Below are positions 58,740 through 64,000 of a stretch of 64,000 nucleotides of DNA, one piece after another. How positions within the stretch are numbered: the first letter of the stretch is position 1; each line of letters starts with the position of its first letter. The notes below the pieces were generated by a model. It was not told where the DNA came from, did no database searches, and saw only the letters and a program-made list of their open reading frames with translations. Source of the DNA: Chrysomallon squamiferum (Eukaryota > Animalia > Mollusca); contig CM022667.1 in assembly GCA_012295275.1 (NCBI GenBank), forward strand, positions 4,092,001 through 4,156,000, given 5' to 3'. Position numbers and translations under genes: made by a program.

Positions 58740-60559
58740 TCAGTCCACTTCCTCTGTTTTCACTTCAGAGATTCGCCCCAGTGGGGAGTCTGGACTCAGC
58801 AGACTGTCTATTGTAAAGTCTGAATCAGAGCCAAAGTGGCTAATGTCCTCCTCATATATTGAGTCTCCAAAATCAAACAAGTTTGGAATTTCTTCGGGAG
58901 GCTGATATTGTATTAATTCATTACCTGCGAAGAAAATTTTAAAATATTATTAAAGGTATATCAATTTTAATTTTTTTTTTTTTTTTTTTTCAATAAACTT
59001 ATTGGTTGTAGACTAAAAAAAATTAAAAACATCCAAATACTTTTTGATAAGTACATTGCAGTTCATGACACCACTTACCAAGTATGTTATTGGGAGGATC
59101 GTTATTTGAGGTTGTGTTCCCAGTAGAATTCTCAAGAGTGTTCAAAATCTGTAATAAAAATAATAATTATTATAAATTTATTTCATCATGTACATACACA
59201 TACATACTCCATGTGTACAGACATACACACAAAAACACACACATAAATACACGAATGGTTATATTCATTTAGCTTCAAATAAAACCATACTGATAAAAAT
59301 TATCTCAAAAAAATAACAAAAACCCATTCAACTTTAAATAAAATGATATGAAAGAAACATTTTGGATTAAAAGTTATCTGAAGTTTATTTCTGAAGTTAC
59401 AAACTTACATTTTCAGTAGTTTGAGACATTTGTACATCAGGAGTAAATATCTGCAAAGGAATTAATTACTTAATTATAATTAAAAGTTTATTTTTTAGGG
59501 GCTGGGGTTTTTACAAAAAAAAAATAAAGATTTTACAAGATTCAAATATTTAAGTTTTTTAAATTTTCTTTTGGAAATCAGTTCTTAAATTTTGATCTTT
59601 GTTTTTTTTGGGGGGGGTTTGTTTCATTTTGTTTTGTTTTTCTAAATATGTATACTGAAAACTGAAGTAAAAAAAAAAAAAAAGTGATGTTTTACAAATG
59701 ATACACCATTAGTCCAATTAAATCGAAAATATTTAATAACGAATGCTTTTTATCCTCTACTAGAAGAAATGAAGCAATCACAATTATATATCAAACACAG
59801 CTAACAGGTACTTATCGTCCTGCTGGTTATGAGATGTCACTGATTACTGAGACAGAAAATATTACCCCCATTTATCACAATCATTTACAAGAAGGAAGGA
59901 AGCAATTATACGCACACATATTTCAATTACTTATAACTAGTGATTAATTTATTTATTTATTTATTTATTTATTTATAGTTTTAAGCTCTGATGTCTCCAG
60001 CTACTGAGTGAGAAAACCAGCAACATTACCCCCATCACCAGGCTAGGATCAATGCTGTACTGTCCAGCAAACAGATCCTTCAAGTTGTCCAAGTCTGTCT
60101 GCATCACATCCAGCTCAGTCTGAACAGTCCTGAAAGTGAAGCGTCGTTTTTAAGCAAAATATTCTGTGTTTACAGAGGTAGTGAGAGACATTTTTTTTTT
60201 TAAATTCAACTTATAATGGCTGCCCACTGGACTTCACTAAAGTGGCCACAATAAACAGACCGGCCCATTAGTTAACAAAACTTTCTTTTAGCCTGTATTA
60301 CAACTGTTGTAGAAAAGTACAAATACTCTTGCAAGAAATTTTTAATATTGTAAGAGTTAGTAAATAATAACAGTTTAAAATCGTTTTTAGACTGAATTTA
60401 TCTGAGGACACTAAATTTTTCTTGTCCAGATCTTTTCAGAGGAATTCTCCATAAAACTAGGGAAATATTACCTATAAGAAATATTACTGTAAAGAAGGAA
60501 ATGCTTTGGGGTGATTTAGACTGACTGTTTGACCAGCTTCACAACTGCATGTTTGTGTG

Positions 60560-60621
<62 letters not shown>

Positions 60622-62495
60622 CATGTGTGCCTATCTATATATATATATAGAGAGAGAGAAAGGGATTGATTGTATAGACAAATTGATAGATGGTACATAT
60701 ATATATATTAATAGCTTGATAGCTAGATAGATTGATAGATAAACAGATTGACAGCTAGACAGTGAGATAAATAAACTAATAGAGAGATCGACTGATAGAC
60801 AGATACCAAAAGATGATGGTGATGAAAATGATGGAAAGGATGAAGAAGATTATTTGGTGACTAAAATTTTTTAAAACCCTTACTTGTCAGGACTTGCATC
60901 TTTGCTCACACTTGATGATGTTGTTGTAGTTGTTGTTGTTGTTGTTACTGTCGGCTGGACGGAGGGGTCAGCTGTCACGGGAACACTTGATGAAATGACA
61001 GTGTTTGGCAGTGAGATATTCAGTTCTTCCGGTAATGTCAGAGTGATGACTTTCTTGTCACCACTGGACATAAGATCTTCCAAGTCACTCTACAAACAAA
61101 ACACAAACCTCTTTACAGAACATCTTTGAGTGTTTTTTTTTAAAGTAACTGTTACTACAAGACATCACTTACTGATGATATTTCTACTACTGTAAGTAAT
61201 GTTACAGAAAAATTAGTTGTTACTACATCACTGATGAGATTTCTACTACTGTAAGTAATGTTACAGATGAACTAGTTGTTACTACAAGACATCACTTACT
61301 GATGAGATTTCTACTACTGTAAGTAATGTTACAGAAGAACTAGTTGTTACTACAACACATCACTTACTGATGAGATTTCGCCTTCAGACTGTTGTCCAGA
61401 ATCTTGAGCTAAAAAGTCTGTGACATCGTGAATAATTGGTCCTCTGGTATGAGTGGTTGCAGAACTTGGCCCTTCGATGCTTTTAGGCTGTAAAAAATAT
61501 AAAACCTACAGGTTTCAGATGAATATTTTCTTTTTTAAATTTAAGATAGAGATCTGCAGAATTAAAAAAGTTGAACTAAAATAAAATTAACTGAAACTAA
61601 ATAACAAAGAAAAAAAAACACTTTCTAAAAGGTAAAAGAACTTATGTAACACAACATGCAAGATTACAGAAGAACATAACACCAAAAAAACACACCAGTG
61701 TGTAAATGAACGTAACAAAAAACAAATTAGAAGGGAATAACACTGAACAGAAAAGTCTGAAGCAAATGAAATGGGTGAGAAGAACAAGGATAAACGAGGG
61801 ATTACACTTGTGATGCTGTAGGGTTCATTTTTAACCTCAATTGAAAGCTGGCTGTTAGGTTTCGCAATCTTTGCCTCTCTGTGACTGGTGTCACTCAGCA
61901 TCAGTGGCTTCTTTCGTTTCCTAGCAACACTCTGGTTTCCACGTACCAGAGTAACCAGAAACTGAATCACCTGGAAAACACCAAAACATAAAATACAACA
62001 TTAAAATATGCACACAACTAATAAAAATACATCATTAAAACAACCCTAAAAAAAATATAAATCCCCCCCCCCATAAAACCAGAAATTAAAATAATCCTAA
62101 AATAAGTCATATCTCAATCCATGGCAACTTGCTATGTGTATGTGTGTGATTTGATTTTTACGAGGCACAGATTAAAGAATGAAGCATTCAGATTGATGAA
62201 ATTAAATTTATTTTTACCATGTATGTAAATCTATATTTAAAATAAAGAATCACATGACAGCATGACATCAATTCTCAGTTTGGATACAAATATAGGCGAG
62301 TTCACACATATCACAGACAATCAATACTCATTTTCCTGTGACGTCAAAGTATTAAAACCTAGGAGATATATATATATATATATGTATGTGGATGTCTATC
62401 TTTTCCTGTGCCAAAGTCTTTCTGCTGTTTCATTGCACCTCTGTATTTTTTGCATTCTCTCCTTAACTCCATCTGTTTTACTACAACCTCTCTCT

Positions 62496-62546
<51 letters not shown>

Positions 62547-62717
62547 AGACACACACATACTTCTTACCTTGTTAACAATCTGCTGCTGTTTCATGTGTTT
62601 CTGCTGCAAGCTAGCAACTTCTCGCCATAAAGCTTCATTTTCCCTGAAAACCAAATTAAATGTAATTTTTGTTCAATTACTCCATAATGCTAAAACCACT
62701 AACATCTCAATCCATGA

Positions 62718-62756
<39 letters not shown>

Positions 62757-63605
62757 TATGTATGTGTGTGTCTGTGTATGTGTGTCTGTCAATAGTTGTC
62801 ATTAACATCAGCTGGAAGGTTTCTGGACTCATATAAAAAGTAATGTGAAATTGTTTCATCCATTAATGAAGAAACTGAAACACCATCATTATTATTATTA
62901 TTATACACCAAGTCCTTCTTCATGTGCAATAAAATAACAATATTTGCTACAAAATGTCACTTACGATGAAATGAAAAATATTCTGAAGATACTGTGGTTT
63001 GACCAAGAATAAAAGATTTTATTTTTACATGGTCAAATCTACATGTCCTAGTTCATCACTCCCAGAACATTATTAAAATAAATTATTTGAAACAAATGTC
63101 ATTACCTGATAGTTTTTATAGGCTAAACAATTTCACCTTAAACCCAGAACTGTCATTTTTTGATAGTGTATCATATCACTAAAAACAAGCTAGTATTTTA
63201 CTTTTCCGTTGTGTTAAAGTAGATAATAATAAAAATATTGCACATTTGATTTTCAGCATAAAATGCACTTATATTATTTTTACCTACTTACAAATATCTA
63301 TTCTTGTTGTTATTGTTCTAAAAAATTGGGGGGTGTGCGAGAGGGGTTCAGATGGACTAAAGTGTACTGCAAAGAAGAAAACCTATTTAAATGCCTGGGG
63401 AAAAAAAAAAAAAAAAAAAAAAAAAAAACTTTCAGAATTAAATATTTGTCAAAAGCAAATCTTTAAAACGATTTTACCTTTTCAGCATATCAAGTTTGTT
63501 TGTCAATCCGTCCTGCCGACCTTTCAAACAACGGACATCAGTGAGAACTTTTGACACATCTTCCTGTTTCAGTTTCACCGACTCCATCTTTACACTGTTA
63601 GACAC
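58740..63605 (-). CDS. HSF1: Heat shock transcription factor (HSF1-like), 3' nine exons; the DNA-binding domain lies beyond the window
   Basis: Exons 63605-63478, 62643-62568, 61970-61806, 61487-61368, 61089-60884, 60129-60030, 59450-59409, 59148-59079 and 58924-58740 are phase-compatible. Motifs: HR-A/B ([42 protein letters not shown]), [21 protein letters not shown] ([16 protein letters not shown]) and an acidic C-terminus. Confidence 0.95.
61150..61380 (-). repeat. ~68-bp intronic tandem array including the HSF exon end and GTAAGT donor
   Basis: cacttactgatgagatttc recurs at ~61166, ~61229 (partial), ~61293 and 61361 (true junction). Confidence 0.9.
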
Positions 63606-64000
63606 CTGTAACAGCAGAAATAAAATAAAATAAAACATTTAAACAAGTACACTCAAAAATATTTGAGAATATATTAAATCAATGTCCAAGTTACTCAGTG
63701 TCGCATGTGTCATTTTAAATGTCATCGTGTGTCACTGCTGACGTATGTCACAATTTTTCTACCACTGTTATAGAAGATCAGTTCACATTTCCTGTGACAT
63801 CAGTGTTGCCAAAAGCAGCGCAATATTAACACTTTAAAAAGAAGTCAATGGATGATGACATTCTGTTATCTCTGTGGTTATATTACAACACAAGTATTTT
63901 TTTCTATAGCAACATTACAACTTTCAAAATATTCTCATTCTTTCTTTTTCGCTACACATTTTTCTCTTTCTTTCCATCTCTGTGAATATCTTTTGATTTA

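Overview
This is AT-rich, microsatellite-saturated animal genomic DNA with spliceosomal GT-AG introns. It is probably molluscan, inferred from the TNF stalk CxxC..CC motif and the style of the HSF sequence. Almost all long ORFs in the supplied track are simple-repeat artefacts, so I assembled the genes by hand from phase-compatible exons. In order: (1) a tandem TNF-ligand cluster on + at 1.7-17.2 kb, with two complete genes, one gene cut by the window start, one pseudogene and one exon-1 relic; (2) weak traces of an unknown minus-strand gene at 21-25.5 kb; (3) an intronless class A GPCR with a 1-nt frameshift before helix 8; (4) a 235-bp Tc1/mariner deletion derivative; (5) an 11-exon M14A carboxypeptidase B-like gene on -, lacking Tyr248 and carrying a Pro/Thr plus Cys-rich tail; (6) a hidden 5-6 exon gene on - for a tandem DUF1330-like protein; (7) the 3' nine exons of heat shock factor on -. 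Two things stand out. First, 'donor-echo' arrays, in which an exon 3' end plus its 5' splice site is duplicated into the next intron, occur at five loci in four unrelated genes. Second, a ~90-nt inverted copy of the HSF terminal 3' splice site lies 1.5 kb past the stop codon and could fold back on it in the pre-mRNA. No searches were run; family calls rest on motif recognition.
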